64,000 nt of DNA from Phoronis australis (Eukaryota > Animalia > Phoronida). The DNA lies in assembly GCA_002633005.1 (NCBI GenBank), contig NMRA01000064.1, positions 605,895 through 669,894 on the forward strand, in the 5' to 3' direction. The notes beneath the pieces were generated by a model that did not search any database, was not told where the DNA came from, and saw only the letters and a list, made by a program, of their open reading frames with translations. Positions 1 through 15,600 of the stretch are shown here, piece by piece. The number at the start of each line of letters is the position of its first letter. Position 1 is the first letter of the stretch. Position numbers and translations under genes: made by a program.

Positions 1-749
1 GAACTGTTAAAGGAACTGAGGCAAGCGGTAATTTGGGAATCAAGGTCAGGTCATGCGCCAATCAGGTCATGCGCCAATGTGCGTGTACTTTCTCCTAGTT
101 AGGTTTTGTTTGTTATGCAAATGGCGATAAAGCTAATTACTTAAAACAGAAATGTAATCAAACCTTGCCGTACTTATTAGCCATTCCAAGTTAATCCAAA
201 TTAGAACGGAAGGAGTGTTTTAATTTAAAACTCTTTGACATTGCGGACTCTTTAGACAGTGGGTAATTTGTTTCACGCAGCTACATTGTCGACTTTACTG
301 TTTTCTGAATTTGAAACATCTACTGAATTGATTTTCTTGTTCAAAATTAACGAAACCATATTTTGGGTGCATTCGAAAAAATCATAAGAATATTAGTGGT
401 ATAGCAGGTGGGAGCTACTGGAATATTATACTTTGTTTTGTTTGATTTTTGGTTCTGTTTTGTTATGTTTGACTTCATTCCAAGAGATATTTAATTTCCT
501 TATGGTGGTTAATCTTGTAAGGTGAAAGGTCAGGTCAACTGGTCAGGTAAAAAGGACATGTAAGTGCACTAGGAAAGTGGAGTATGAGTTTTGAAAAATG
601 CATTGCAAAATTTCCATCTTAATCCACAACTTGAACATTTTTTTTTGATTGAAATAGAGAAGATGACATCAATGTCCTTTGTTAAAAGGGACATTTCCAC
701 TGGGCTCTAAAATGATGAGTTTCAAGGTGATGTAGGATGTCTGTACATT

Positions 750-940
750 TAGCCAAATACCTACAAAGCTATAGAATTTAACTCGGCAAAACTACATATT
801 TTCTGAAAGTAGAAAGCTTGTAAATTTGATTTTTGAGTTCATACTAATCTGCCACTAATTAGGTCACGGTCATATGACCTTGTTTTTTAGGAAAATTCAG
901 CATAGAGAAAACGGAAAGATTCATTGCAAAACAAGTTTGC
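750..940. repeat. Dispersed repeat (second copy at about 59909-60095)
   Basis: tag.caaatacctacaaa.ct...tttaact..gaaaa..a.attttctgaaagtagaaa.c.tg is shared by both loci in the same orientation. Confidence 0.65.
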
Positions 941-1600
941 AGTTAGTTCAGAAACTGAATGGCTTAACTGCTCCATTCCACTTGTATCAATAGGAATCGG
1001 TAATTTGATTTATCGCCTGTGTTCATTAATCAATTTAGGATCTGAAGGTTTCACTCAAGCAAAAATCTCGTTCGTCTCACTTCCCCATATCTACAAACCA
1101 GTACCACTCTGCGCACCATTACCTGCATGTAGGTGTACTTTGCCATGGTTCAAGTTTTGTTTGCAGTACCAGTTACATGAATCACTCTCTAGTATTATTT
1201 ACGGTGGACAGAGTTCACAGCAGCTGCACTTACTGGCTGACATAGCAATGTTTGTTTGAAATAAACCATCTGTAAAAACTTGATTACGATTACCGCTAAT
1301 AAAATCTGTTTTTGAAACAAGTATTTCTGACAAATTTGCCTGGTTTTGTAATTATTGCGTATCATGAATACTAATGATAAAAATGTATTAAGTATTTGAT
1401 GTAATAAACTGAAAATTTGATCTGTTGCCTCGCCTCTAACTGATTGATTTTATTATTTTTTGTTCAGTGTATTTTTAAAGCATCCATTCACCGGCATTTC
1501 ATCAACTTTCAACCTATATACTATTCGCCGTAAAACTGATCTTAACTTGTTAACAGGTAACTTGGAGGACAAAATTAACAGTTTGTAATTGGTTGAAAGC

Positions 1601-1829
1601 AAAAAAAAATAATTGCAGGTGGTCTGATACACATTGTACCAGGCGTGTGCAGGCCACGCATGTGGGCCCATTGCACTGATCACCTGGAACCATTTTTATG
1701 CTTTATTAATATATAGGTAAAACCAAGCTGAGGGGCTTAAGAAACCCGACTCAAAGGTTTAGCGGTGGGACCCAGTGGGACCAACGACCTCGAGTAAAGA
1801 AAGCGAGCACACTAGGCCACACTGCCTCC
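1601..1829 (-). mobile_element. tRNA-derived SINE-like repeat (copy 1)
   Basis: The minus strand begins GGAGGCAGTGTGGCCTAGTG (A-box-like) followed by a degenerate B-box. The body aligns with 15264-15500. Confidence 0.6.
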
Positions 1830-2957
1830 ATGGTTGGCACATAAAATAACCTCTGTAACTTGCACCTTACAAACTACCAGGTCTTTTCAAGTCTAGAAGT
1901 GACTAATGAATGATATGATACCAATTTTATGATGGTCAGTGGCCTAAATCACAACTTGTTTTTTTGCAATGGAAGGCTGGTTTGGGTCCACTATAAATAC
2001 ATACCACATAGTTTTTTGTTTGTTACCAAGCCTGGAGCGTTCCAGTGGGCCGTCAGCTATACTTTTCAACTTTTTGAATTCCAAAATTTTATTCAAAACA
2101 CAAACAAAAGTCTGTGCTTTGATACATATTTTGCAATCCATCAAAATCTGTTCAGGTTTGTGGTGTCTGTATCTTCCCATTGTGAGCAAAGCTTCAATAC
2201 AATGACAAACGATGATAAAACAACCCTTAAACATATGTTAAAAACAAGCAGTGTTACCAGTATGACCTGCAGCATAAACCTGTTATAAATTATTAGAATA
2301 ATTACAGAGAATGCCATTTTATACCAAGTCTGATCAAAATTTCTGTTTTGCTATTTCTGATTTGGTTTTGAAACTTCCATAAATCATATAGTTTGGTTAG
2401 AAAGCCACGCTGAAACAAACATAGTGTGTAAATTATTGGAAAAACAGTCAGTGGTCAGATGGGGAATGGATCTGTGGTAATGGTTTGTTTGTATGCCTGA
2501 GGGGGTCATTGATTTTTGTAGGAACTTCTTGAAGGAAGAGTTATTCAGGTTTTGTAGACCAGTGTAGGGAATAAATTACATTCAAGGTGAAATGGTATTA
2601 AACAGTACAAATGTCTAGCAATAATTCTTGCAAGTTCCTTTCTGTTGTGTTACCTGTATTGACAGCACTGTGATGACAATTGGCAGCACTGTGCTGACAA
2701 TTGACAGCAATTGTAAGATAGGTACTATCTGAGAATTATTAGGTGTGACCCATTTGTTATGTAATTTTATTGACTGATTCATGTAACTGGCTAATAAAGG
2801 CTTGGGACACAATTTTAAGGTGATGTGAGCTTAAGCTGGATAAAAGATGCGCGTATATTTTACATTGTGATTTGTTGACTTGTATTAATGTTTGTAATTT
2901 GCAGAATGAGAAACAATCCATGTTTTAGTTTGATACTTGCAATTTTTAATGTTTACT

Positions 2958-3350
2958 TAAGTGCTGTCCACGCACAGGCTTATCCTAGAACAAGTTACTC
3001 CTGAAACGAATTGTCGCTAGGTTTGGAGGCTGTGTGGACGCAATTTAAACTAGTGCAACTTGCCCCACTTGTGACTACTTACTCCACCCTATCGAGATAG
3101 GGCAGCTTGTTCTAAGGTAACCTGTGCCACTTCTAATTCCTGTGTGGCCACGAACCTGGGTCAAGGCTGAAGTAATTTCCTGCTACAGTCACATACAGAT
3201 GGGCTTTCTAATTGTCATGCACAGAGCGACAACTTGTGCCTTACCCTAGTTATCAGATTTGTGTCTGTTGTGTGAACACTCCATTTATAAGTGGGCAAGT
3301 TGCACTAGTGCAAGTTGTTCGTAGTGTATCCTGTGTGTGGACGGGACTTA
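2958..3350. mobile_element. MITE, PIF/Harbinger-like
   Basis: Imperfect terminal inverted repeats TAAGTGCTGTCCACGCACAGG / CCTGTGTGTGGACGGGACTTA, with internal caacttg/caagttg sub-repeats and TTA/TAA ends. Confidence 0.55.
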
Positions 3351-3689
3351 GGTGTAACTGTTAACAGTGTACCTGGGATTTGCTTAAGGTCTTTTGTTTG
3401 TGAAGCACAAATCAGCTACAATCTTAAGATGCGGCATTCTTAATGTGTATTTAATTTAAATTTTATACTTGGCCTGGAATAGCATTCATTCTAAATATTT
3501 CTGACAGCATTAAAATTTTTCTTAATTTTTTATTTTTATTCAAAAATATGTGATATGCTTCAGTAATACATGTACATGAATGGTCATTACAGTATATGCT
3601 TCTGTGTAATGGTCCGTAAACATACAATTTTGGTGCCAACTGAACAGAAAATCGGACCCAACTAAGTGCTAAATATGTTCTGTGTTTAG

Positions 3690-6600
3690 GAACTTGGCAA
3701 ACATCCAGAATTGAGGGAGGAGGATGCCGCTAAGATTGCTGCCGTCAAGGTAGCAGAACAGCAGACACACAATCGTCTATGGTATAGGATCAATGCCACC
3801 AGGGGGCTCACCGGAGGAAACAAATTGGTACCAACGATGAAAGATCAGTTGGTAGAGGTAGGTGATGCTATGAATCTGGGACACTCACCGAGGCAAGCGA
3901 CAATATATGGCCGCAACAAGGGATGAAAAGTAACATACATTTAGAAAGCTATGTCATTCTGGTCAGCAGATTTCTCTTGAAACGCAGTCACATTTTTCAT
4001 CTTTTCATGAGAACACCTCCACTAACATTTGGGGTTTTGTTACCCCCGATGCCTAAGCGAGCCTAAGTCAGACTATGACTAACCCATCTTAATCGATTTA
4101 CAAATTAATGCTCGTGGCTTAGCCGCGATGCTGAAGAAAACCTATTCGCTAATTTCTCTTATAATGCATTGATTTTAAACATTCGAAGACGGCTACTACT
4201 TACTTTTCAATTTTAAAAACAGTCATGTTGGTCGTTTGTCTTATCACTTATTGTTTGTTTTTTGATTTTGAAACTCGTACACTAAACAGGCGTGTTGGTT
4301 TACGACCGCAATTATCTCATCCAACACGTTCATTGGAGCCCATGAATAGCGACTTGCTCACTTCAATCCATAACAGCGCCATCAAGCCTTTGATGTGCCG
4401 GTTAATTCGCTGGATACTCTGGGGTAAACAGTGCACGCTTTCTTGTCCACTTGTGTGCAAATCCTGTTTGTGTAAGATTTGCCTAACGTTGACGTAAGAT
4501 ATGAAGGGTTATTTTGACAAGGGACACCCTCCAGCAGTACCAGAATGGAAAAACAATTTTCTGACCACTTCTGTTGAAGATGGTGTACTTTCAGGACGAT
4601 AGTGGCCTTTACGCACTCAGATCATTGATGTCTATGTTGCAACCTTCTGTTCTGTCAATTTATAACTTTAGATGCAGAGTCCATAGACAGGATAGGCCAA
4701 ACATATTCAGACTAAATTACCCAGAATTCTCTGCCACGACAGCTGGACAGAAGCCAAATTCTTCATTGGAGTTGCTTTACCTCATAACAATGAAATGAAA
4801 CTAACAAGACTGCTGTTAAGATGGCTCAGAGCTGTTCTGTAATGAAAGTTTTACCAGTCATTTTTGACCTTTCCGGTCCTCTTGGAAGTTATCTATGGTG
4901 GTGATTAGATGAACTTTTGAGTAAGAGACGAGACGAGAGACGGGAACTGAACACTGCAACTCAAAGGGCTGCTGTATAAACGAGTTATAAAACTAATTGC
5001 CATGGTTTTGTGCACAGTTGATCCCTTGTTTAGATAGATGGTGATTTTGTCAAATGCTATGTTTAGCTCTGTAGTTCTTCCTTTGATGTGACCTATAGAA
5101 TAACCTAGGATATTGACTTATTTGATAATCAACCTGGCCTTTGAGAGGCAAGAAGCTTGAAGTATCCTGTAAATAATTAAATAATCACAGGACAGAATAC
5201 ATTTGGCTGCCATTACTGGTGAATGTAATCCCCAAAGCTCCTTACTAAGAGAAAACCCAGGATACCTACATCAAGGCAATAGGTATTGTTAACAAACTTC
5301 ATGCCTTATTGAGTTTGTGTATTCTGCTGGCTTGGCCATCATAAAACTGATAACCTAGCACAACTTTCAACTCTGCAATATGTATGTTGGACTTGCTCAG
5401 ACCTTTAAATATATTCATCTTGCAGAAAGCAATTACCCTAGCTAATCTGATCACACACTTGTCCATAGTTCATGGCTTTCTGATACTGACCATGTAATGT
5501 ACTATGGAAATTGGTGAAAATAATACTGCCTATTTTTCAAGCAAATTTGTGTTTGGAAAAATTTTTACATTGGGATATGAATTCGCTCAGATTCCGAGTT
5601 TCACCAAATCCAGATGAGTAAGGGACTGGGTTATGCATGTTTTTTATGTGTTTGAACTTAACTACATCACTCATGTAACTACATCACTCATAAAATTTAA
5701 ATCTATTAACTTCAATTGCGTTATGTTAACAGGCCTTAGACTATCCAGTAAAACAATAAATTATGGTCACATTTGTTTTTTTTTTCAATTATTCATGAAC
5801 TACCACCCCCTAGTGCTTACTTGGGACCCAGCACTTAGTTGGCAATGGTGTTTTTATCTGGCTTTTACCTGGCGCTTATTTGAGACTGGCGTTTGTTAAA
5901 CGACTGGTGCTGATACGGGATATATTAAGGCCATCCTGTATATTTCCTGTAATGTTTTTTGGTATTCAAAATACATAGGAAAGGCTGGGCAACATTAAAT
6001 TTTTGTTGCCCTGAAAATTATGAATATCATTTGTGGAATAGTGGGAAAATCATTCTCCGTTATTGGAAATAGAAAAGGCAGTTGCAGGGAAGCTTTTTTT
6101 ATTTTACCCTATGACGTGAATATAAAGTTAGTTGGTTTTCAATATGTGGCAGTTATTAAAATTAAACAGATTGACATTATGAGGGGTTAGTTTATACAGA
6201 CTTAAACATCTGTCTATACCAGAGAAATTAATGATAAATCCAGCCTCCATGATGTTTAGTAGTGTTAAAGTATTGTTATCGTTGGTATTGCCTGAGGACA
6301 TTCAATAGTCAATGTCATTGTAGCTCTTGATGAACACTATATTTTTCTTTTGACACTCCATCGCTCAGTATTTGCAGCTCCCCCTAGTGTACAGTTGTGT
6401 GCTGTACACTGATTGCAACAAGATCGGAAATACATTCAATGAGCATTTATTTCCTTGTAAATGAATTAATTTCGATCAGTATAGACGAGGAAATAGTGAT
6501 AGCTTTTATCACATTTCTAGCAAGCAAGATTGCCTTTGAAAAGAAATGACGTATGCAGAAATGAAAAGGCTTTGAATGCGGTGAAATCAATTTCGGACAA

Positions 6601-9600
6601 AATAGCTCTTCCTTCATTTTTCAAGGACTTCAAATATGGTTGTGATTGATCACTAAGTTTCAAGATGTCTGTTAGTAGCCATCGTGGTATTTAACTTGAA
6701 TATGGCAAAGCACCACTCTGGTACTGTCTGTAATTTATGAAAAAAAAAACAATAAAATGAAATTTCATATGCGTGCCATAGTGTGTCAGAATTGGTAACG
6801 TTTTACCATAACTTATCGAAGCATAAAGGTATAATCTGATCTTAAAGGAATGTTAAACTGTCTCACTCCTGGTAACAAATCTGTCTTAGTGCTTTTTGTG
6901 GTGGTGGTGAAAGCTGTATTTGTAGAAGACTCCGCGATGAAGTAATCAGACGGACAGTCAATTTTCATTCTGCAATGTCAAACTATTATTTTTCGATGAC
7001 CACCTCCTGTATAGCCTATGTTGATGAAGTATGTTTGTTATATCCACCCATGTGAGACCACTGAGCTGATCGATATTCCATGCCTACAGACACTGTTTTA
7101 ATGTACCGTCTTATTACAAACATCGTTTTAATTACACATCTGGGTTTAACAAGTATGTGCAATAAACAAAAAGTACCCGATCTTCTAGCTTTTGTATCGC
7201 TATTGATTTGTAAAATAAGGTTTCACCATAGGCATTTTATTTCTTTTTTCATTTTGTTACATTGTAAAAGATAAATAACACCCAATAAATGATTCATCAT
7301 TTAAAAGTTTTATACCAGAGACTGCCAGAAAATGTTTTAAGTAAATTTGTGTGTACACAACAATGTGGTAAGTCCAGTATTTTGGTGATCAATTTTGTCC
7401 ATAATTGGTGACATAGTATGCCTGCTGTACAAGGTTTTATTGTCTCATCCATGCATTGGATCTTGAACTAAACTTGGGTTTGTGTTCCAAACTAAATGTT
7501 CATTTGCAGCAATGTATTGCCAGTTCAGCCAAATTAGTTCTAACTACTGGTTTCCATGTATGCTGGATGTTAAATTGCACCTAACATGATGGTATTCAAT
7601 AAATGACATCTACCTAATGCTCACTATCCCATGTCAAATTGATATATGCCTTACAGGCCTGTGTGCCTGCCTGCAGGTCTCTTGATGACGTTTACCAGCC
7701 TTTTATGTCCATGGTGGTGTAATTGGAATTGCTACAATATTCCTATTAGACCCATTAGGTCTTTGGCTTCCATTTACATCAGTTACAGTTGAAGTTAACT
7801 ATGAGGATTCTAAGGGGTGTGGCTAAATGACGGGTGGGAGGAGCTTGGCTGTAACGACGATGTTCATCATGGTTGTTATTATTGCATCGGATACTGCTTT
7901 CTCACTGACCAAACTGGAGTAAAGTGCCCCGTCCCCGTTAGCATATCTTATGATAATTAAGGTAAACAGGTAAATTTAAATGGATTAAGACCATATTTGG
8001 CATATGTGTTGACTATTTGAAAGGAAACCCTGAAATGATGTAGTCTAAAGCTTCTTTTACAGGAGAGACAGTTGTCACCGTGTCAGTTGTCACGGTTCGA
8101 CTTGCTCCACTTAAGTCACATTTACACAACATTAGATCGCAAACTGGATCAGCATGAGTCATTTACACACGGAAACTGTCTAGGCATGCTCACATAAACA
8201 ATAGCAAATGTCCAAGTCATGTGGAATGCCAGCGGATCACCCGTTTAGACGCTATTGAAAGATGTTCACTTTGCGCCCTGCCCCAATTGTGTTCAGAGGT
8301 GTAGTTGACACAGGAGCAACTGATTGAGTGCAACTTGCTCTACCTCTTAAACCGATGTCAAAAAATGGCCGCCGCAGTGTACTTGCTCAGTATCAGTTGT
8401 GTTTACTCACACACCCAATGAGTTCTTTGATGTTAGTTGCTCTGTGTCGTCTGCCTCTGGTGTAAATCCAGCCTAATAAGGTTACCTACTGCCCACAGAC
8501 TTATAGATATGGTCCTTTCAACTGGAGACCAATATGAACTTTTGACTTTCTAGGAGGTCATGATACGTTTTACAGTGATACTCGCAATACTAATGCGATC
8601 CGATGACTGAGACTCAATGGAGCATCATGGTGTGCAACTGAACACCATCACGTGAACTCTCAACCCGACAAAACACTTCCATGGCAGTAACCGTATTTTT
8701 TCCGATGAATTGAGCGTTCCCACTGGATTAAATTTTCCGACTGCTGCTAATCCCATGTTCTGAAGGGGAGTAAATTCAATACTGCAGTATATTTAATCTG
8801 TTAATGAATGACCACTGAATTAAAGCCGCTTGGTGGTGAGTAATATTACATAATGTGGGGGAGTAACTGTTCAACATGAAAGCAGATAGAGAAATAGTGG
8901 CCTTTAACTTATTCCACTGTTAAACATTTAGAATATCACTGATCGCTATTCAGCTATAATAAAAATAGTGAATGGCTTTTGGTCCACTGATACACATTTA
9001 GAGTATTACTGATTGCTATTCCGCTATAATAAAAATAGTGAATAGCTTATGGGAAAGGCTCTCATGCTTCCTTTCATCCCTCAATGAGGACCCCTTGTGT
9101 TGAGCTTGGAAACCATGCACTGCTGAGTACTATGCCATGTAGCTAGCTTTTAATCATGCTCACACAAGACCTGAGTGATGTGTTGTCTTTGACAGCTGTG
9201 CAAATAAATACTTATGTAGGTACCAAGTTTACTATGTGGGAATTGGGAAAATAAATATAAAGTTCCTTTCTTCCCTCCTGTAACTTTACCACATTCTGCC
9301 TATAATCGTGGATCCAGAGAACAGGGGAACCTGTAGCATCTCCATCATAGCAAGTAGCAGCATATGTTAATACAAACAAAGACGGATTTAAACCGGCTTG
9401 ACTTGTTTCGGCATTTATTGAAACACCATCATCAGAAGAAAAAAACATTGGCCACCTTGCTAGGCCCAACAACAAGTAATGATACATATGCACAGTCAGT
9501 TACAGGAAAGTAACATTAGACTAAGTCAGATGCCACTATATCTGACCAGTGCCTTCCTCATTGGCAGCCGTTAACAGAATCTCGGTTTCGTTCGATAAAC

Positions 9601-12600
9601 AGTTACCACTTCTTTCATTTTTTCATAAATGACGCATAGTCGCATAGTAGCAAAATGATGCTTCATGTCATATTGCAATCCTGAACCATTGCTTAACCAA
9701 CAGATATTGCTTGAAAAATTGTGGGTATGTGTTCCCACCAGTTTTAGAATTCCTTGAAAATGAAAAAACTGTCATTTTGGTGTTTATTTTTGTCCAAAGT
9801 GGGTAAGAATTTACCGTATTTCAAGTTGCAGATTTGTTGACAATTGAAAGCGCCTAGGTGCAAGTTAGTGGCAACAAACGTCACGATTAGGATGTTGGGT
9901 GAAAAAACACTCCGCTGACACTTTTGTGTGTATGCTGTCTATGTACATGTCCTGTGAAACATGGAAGTTACAAACTGTGTGGGCAACATGCTGGTAGGCA
10001 TCCATGACAACATGCCAATGACTACACCAGTTACCTTGGTGATTCACGCCTGCCTGTCTGTGGTTGGTTACTATTGTCTGTCTGAACTTAAGATCAATGA
10101 AACAGCTGAATTCAATTGTTGAGGTTGACCATGGATGCTGTCCTTGATTGCATGATGTTGAAGGGCCCTAGATCAAGAGGATGTGAAACAGTGAAACGTT
10201 TATTAATTGTTTATTGAGCTCAATCGTAAAAACTTGTATTTGCTTTTAAATGATTTTCCCACAATTTATAGCAAAAACATCTTTGATGATCATTCAATTT
10301 CAAAAGATCTTTAGCCAGTTGTTGTTCTTCTTTCAATATGACTATGATCAAATAGCTTACTGCTAGTTGTAGCACATTGTGAGATACTTCGTGTATAGTT
10401 TTTACTAAGATGAGATTGTGTGCGATGCAATCCTCATCAATTGTTTGCGTTATCATGTGTCGTATGCACCTATTAAGAGATTAGTCACCGACGAAACAAT
10501 CAAGCATATTATGGCACTGTTTGGGCTTCATTGATTGTGCACATTATTTTGTTTTGGAGTCACCACTGTGTAGAGGGTGATAACGCACTGGCTTGTTGCA
10601 TTAGAACAAATAAATGGCAATCAATGACAGTTGATATGGGTAATCACGTCCTTTAATAGTTTCGTATTTCAACTTATTGATCACGTTAAACTAATTATTA
10701 TCTCAGTATTCACTGATTCAGCCGTGGTTGATATTTACAAAGACAACACTTGCCTTGTCTTTTTTACTCTCCTAATGGTGTATAATGTACCGAACATTGT
10801 GTTACACTTTTCTGATTTTGATTTCAGTGTTGATTGAAAATGTGAGAACAAACATTCTAGGTGAAATTGAACTGTCCTCAAACACACCATCCTTATGTTG
10901 ATATTTGTTTTACTGCCATTACTACTGGTTTTTAGAGTTGAGTTAACACTTAGGCATTGATAGTTATTGTAGGATTATTAATTGAGAGAATCATCAAATG
11001 CTAAATACTATTTTATATCATAGTCTACATTTTTTAAAACGATTAGAAGCAACTAACACTGACAACTAAAACAAAGGAGATTGATAAACAAGTCACTGAA
11101 CTGGAAATATTGTGGTATTGTACAGTTATGTAATACAGTAAAATTCTTCAGATTGGTATGCAATATGGCGGACTTGTGACGCTTCATTCTGTCAAATGCA
11201 TGAGCTATCTTCAACATCTCTTGTGGTGCTTTTTATTGCCCATCTTTCCAGTGATTATTATTTTATCTTTATGTTATCTGTACACTCATATTTCTATGCC
11301 TTGTCAGTCATAATAAATGGCCTAATATCGCCTTTTTATCTCTGGAAACTGAGCTTGCGACGCACCTATTATTTTTGAGACATACTTCAAACATAAATGA
11401 TATTTCACTTGTTAAATATATTTATTTGAGAATATGGACTCGTCCCACTTATACCCCCGTCTTTCGGACTGGTCCATTAATCCTTTGTGTAGGTTTGCAT
11501 GTGGTCCTTCTGCACACGAGGCACTAGGACAACATTCCATTTCCAGCCTGACTATTGGTTCGTTTGTGTCATGTGCTCCTTTGTTCTCAGCAAAGTTATA
11601 TTTCCTGCCATGAGTACATCGCTTTAGCAGCACTTAGGTTCGAGTTTAATCTCTCTTCAATTGTTTCCCACCCTCTACCACCCTCTCCTTTGAGTAGTTC
11701 CTCTTACCTGAGTGCTGGCACTTTTTATTGCTCATCTTTCCAGAGATTATTATTTTATCTTTATGTTATCTGTACACTCATATTTCTGTACCTTATCAGT
11801 CATAATAAATGACCTTATATCGCCTTTACACGGTCTCCTTTTTATCTCTGGAAACAGAGCTTGCGACGCACCTATTATTTTTGGGACGTACTTCGAACAT
11901 AAATAACTTCTCTGGAAAATTTACTTTAGCAAGGTTTGTATCCCAGAGCTATTACCAAGCAATATTTGGTAATTAATATTTTGAGCACCAATGTGGTAAG
12001 CCTCTGAAAAATATTGTCACTTTTGTACTATTATTTTTGTCCCAAACTGAAGAATTTACCAAAAAATGACAGGTCCTAGCTTGGTGAAAGATAAGTGTAA
12101 AAGGCCTGAAATTCAGAGGTTGTAGTGTAATTTTAAATACCCCTGTTATGATATTTACTGGCTTCTAGAGATTGTGTAATGTGATTTTGGATTATACACA
12201 ATTACATCATAGACTGTAATGTATAGATAGCTGGGCAGGATTCACCATCACAAACTGGATTTATGGGTGTTTGACGTAGAGAATTATTCAGATTTACCAA
12301 TTATGATTGCTTGTCTTGTAATTAGCGCACTCCGTTTGCTACTTTTGTCCTCTGATTGGCTGAAATGTCGCTGCCTATATTTGCGATCTGGCCTATCAAA
12401 TATTGTAAACCCCTGCTTGATATACCAACCCTGACCACAAGGCAGCAGACTATGTTAGTATCTTATTAAGGAGTTAAGTAAAAGGTAATCTAATCAAAGA
12501 CAAAAAATAGGAGGAAAGAAGCGTCATTGGTTGGGTATTAAAGCAAATGTAGACTGATCTCGTGGGCGTATGATATTTGTGGCTGGTAGGAGAGCATTCC

Positions 12601-15600
12601 CTCCCTCGGTCAGTATGACTTGATATCACCCTCTCAATTAGTCCATATTTCTATATTAGTATAGTTCGATAGCAGTCCTTCATTGGCACAAACTTGGTTG
12701 AAGACACAACTGTACGTTTTGTTTGACAGCTTAATATGTACTCATAGTCTGTAAGCAATCTCCTATCTTCAAACATGCAGCTTTGAAGTAAAACACTGAG
12801 AGACATAACGGACAAACAAGTTAAAGTAGTTAATATATTTTGAGATGACATGTCTCATCATCAGGCAATAGGTGAAATGAACATGTAGGAAGTGAAATTA
12901 ACAGTGAAATAAATGGTTACAGCGGGTTGAGGGACATACAAGCAGAGAGTGTGAATGTATCACATGGTAGGAAGCCCGGCCACTAGCCTAACAGAACAGG
13001 GCCAAGGTGTGGTACACACCTGTGAGCTGCTCATTCAGCAAAGCTTTTTTTGACTGATCAATAGGGACTCCAAAATGTTTTACCAAAATGTGGCATTTTC
13101 AACATACCTAATAATGGTATTGTCTCCTTTTTCTTGCTTAGTTGTTGCGTATATTAATAAATGATTAATATATAATTACAGCTGTATGAACAAATCAAAC
13201 ATCGTGAGAAGGAGAGGATTAATATGGGCTCCCAAGAAACTCTGGCCATGGTGGACATGACGCAGTCTACTGGTAACAAGGCCATTGTAGAGTTCACTGC
13301 CACTGCATGTGCTGTGCTGGAGAATGAGAAGAGAGTGCGTCTTGGGATACGGCGTTACGGTCGTCTAGACAACCAAGTGATGGCCAAGTATGTAGGGATG
13401 AAAAACTGATGGAAATACTCCTATTGTGGGACAGATACTGGATGAATGATTCGCCCGAGGGGGTCAATGTTCACTCTTGTTTTCATTATGAGCGTACAAT
13501 ATGTAATCTTTAGTGTGGGATGGGTTTGAGCCTTTTTCTGCTATTGTACGTTTTTAATGTCTTAAAAATGACCATTTGAAAAGAAAAGATCCGTCGGTTT
13601 ATTTATGGCTTTTTCTCATTAAAATGCTTGGAAAATAGTTTCAGAGAAATTCCTTTATTTTGCCACATCATTGTACAGGTGCTGCGTGGAAAATTGGCCA
13701 AGTTGTCTTGTTAAGGAAGAAGGTTTGAGAAAGTTTTATATGAGGGTGAAAATGGTAATTTTGATTTTTTTTCTGTAATTATAGGTTAATTATAGAAGTC
13801 ACATTTTGGAGGAAATGAAAGTTGTGAATGATGCTGAAATGTTGTCTTCTAGCGGTCAACATGGCATCTACATTGCTACTCTATTCTTATTGGCTGGATT
13901 GTAGAGTAGTCACTGCTTCCTGAACACCACCCACTATCTAATGGTTAATTGTCTATCGCATGTCATGTTTCAGTTGGGTGTTTCTCAATTGTTGGCTCTG
14001 ATGCTAATTTCTGGAAATCAATATACCAGACAGGATGAATTGGCTACCTTTTATATTCACTGGATTTTTAGATAACAAGCAATCATTAGAGTAACTTTCA
14101 ATTCTGGTTTGACATGATTAGAATAGTTGGTACTTGTTTGTGTTCACTTGCATTCAAATGTATCCATTGGATTGGTTTGATTCGTGCATGACATCAAATG
14201 CTTTGTTCAAAAACGGGAATAATGCGTGACAATTGTTGTTATCCAATGGGGGTGTAGGCCATTACCATCCCCGAGAAGTAGATAAGACAATTAAATACCA
14301 TTAACTGAGTAGCAGACGTAAGGTCGTGAGGTTATTGATGGGTGAACATCAAAGCTATTTGAAGCATTTGTCATAAACGATCAATAAAAGTTGTCACTCA
14401 TCAGTTAATTTTTGTAATGACTTTTGGTAACTGCAATCATCTTGATTCTAAAAATTACGCATTTCTTTTGTTGGACTTTCGGAAGTTTTGAGTTTGATGT
14501 GCAATTTCTTGAGAGACTTGTTTGTACAAGTTTAAGAATGCTTGACATAACTACACTGTATCCATTTCCCACCAGAGTCATATTTTATGCCCCCTTTTAA
14601 CTTGTGCCATAATTTCAAGATAATCATTTCACTGCAAAGAAAAGTCATTTTGGTAAGCTGAAAACTTACCAATACTTTGTTTTGATCTCAGAAGAAAGTC
14701 ATATCTGTAAAGCAGATTTATGACCAAAAGGATCCCAAGTCTTGTCAATGGGTCCCATTGCCAATTAGTAAACTGTTTTTGTATGAGTTGAGTTAATAAA
14801 ATGCGAGTTGATTTTTTGTGGATCTAAGCCAACAAATATTATTTGTTTAGGGTTGAAACTGTAGAGGGCACTGCAGAGCCAGAGAAGGATTACATACCGC
14901 TCAAAATGACGATCGTGTTTGAGCCAAACGAGAACTACAAGTACGTGGACGTTGAGATCATTGACGACAATGAGTGGGAGCCGGACGAACAGTTCTTTGT
15001 TAAACTATCTCTGGACCCTGTGGATGATGCCATTCTGGGCAAGAAGTCTATCAACACCGTGACGATAATCAATGATGATGGTAAAGAAACAATTACTTCA
15101 CATCCTACTCAACACTTGAGTGTCTTAGATGTAAAATGTTGTATAAATTTGTATGGTTTACTAGTGATTAAACACAGTTACATTGTGGGCTCTTGATAGA
15201 CATCAAAACTTAGCATAGATTATCGAGCTCGGGTGAAGCAAAGAAGTACACCGTATATTAGTTAAAAAAATAATTGGAGGTGGTCTGGAATACATTGTAC
15301 CAGACGTGAGCAGACCCTGCATGTGGGCCCTTTGCACTGATCACCTGGGACCATTTTTTGCTTTATTATTGTATAGTTAAAACCGAGCTGAGGAGCGAGA
15401 GACCCTTTGCTAGGGTCTAACAGTGTGCCCCAGCGGGACTCTGGCAAACCCACGACTTTGAGTAAAGGACATTTGTCTTACTAAGTGACACTACTTCCGC
15501 AAAGTATATAGTTACTGATCTGTATTAGTTGCCGTAGTGTTTGGTAAGTGGCAAGTTACACAAATATCTTGTCTTTTATGAAGTCCAAATTTAAATTTGA

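Noticed and set aside
1944-2234. GPLERSRLGNK resembling a Gypsy integrase motif
   Set aside because: Only about 10 residues match and the flanks lack integrase features.
3858-13181. Hidden gene or extra exons in the 9.3-kb NCX intron
   Set aside because: The acceptor-like sites examined (about 7656, 8553, 9195) run into stops or lack good donors. The short ORFs show no recognisable domains.
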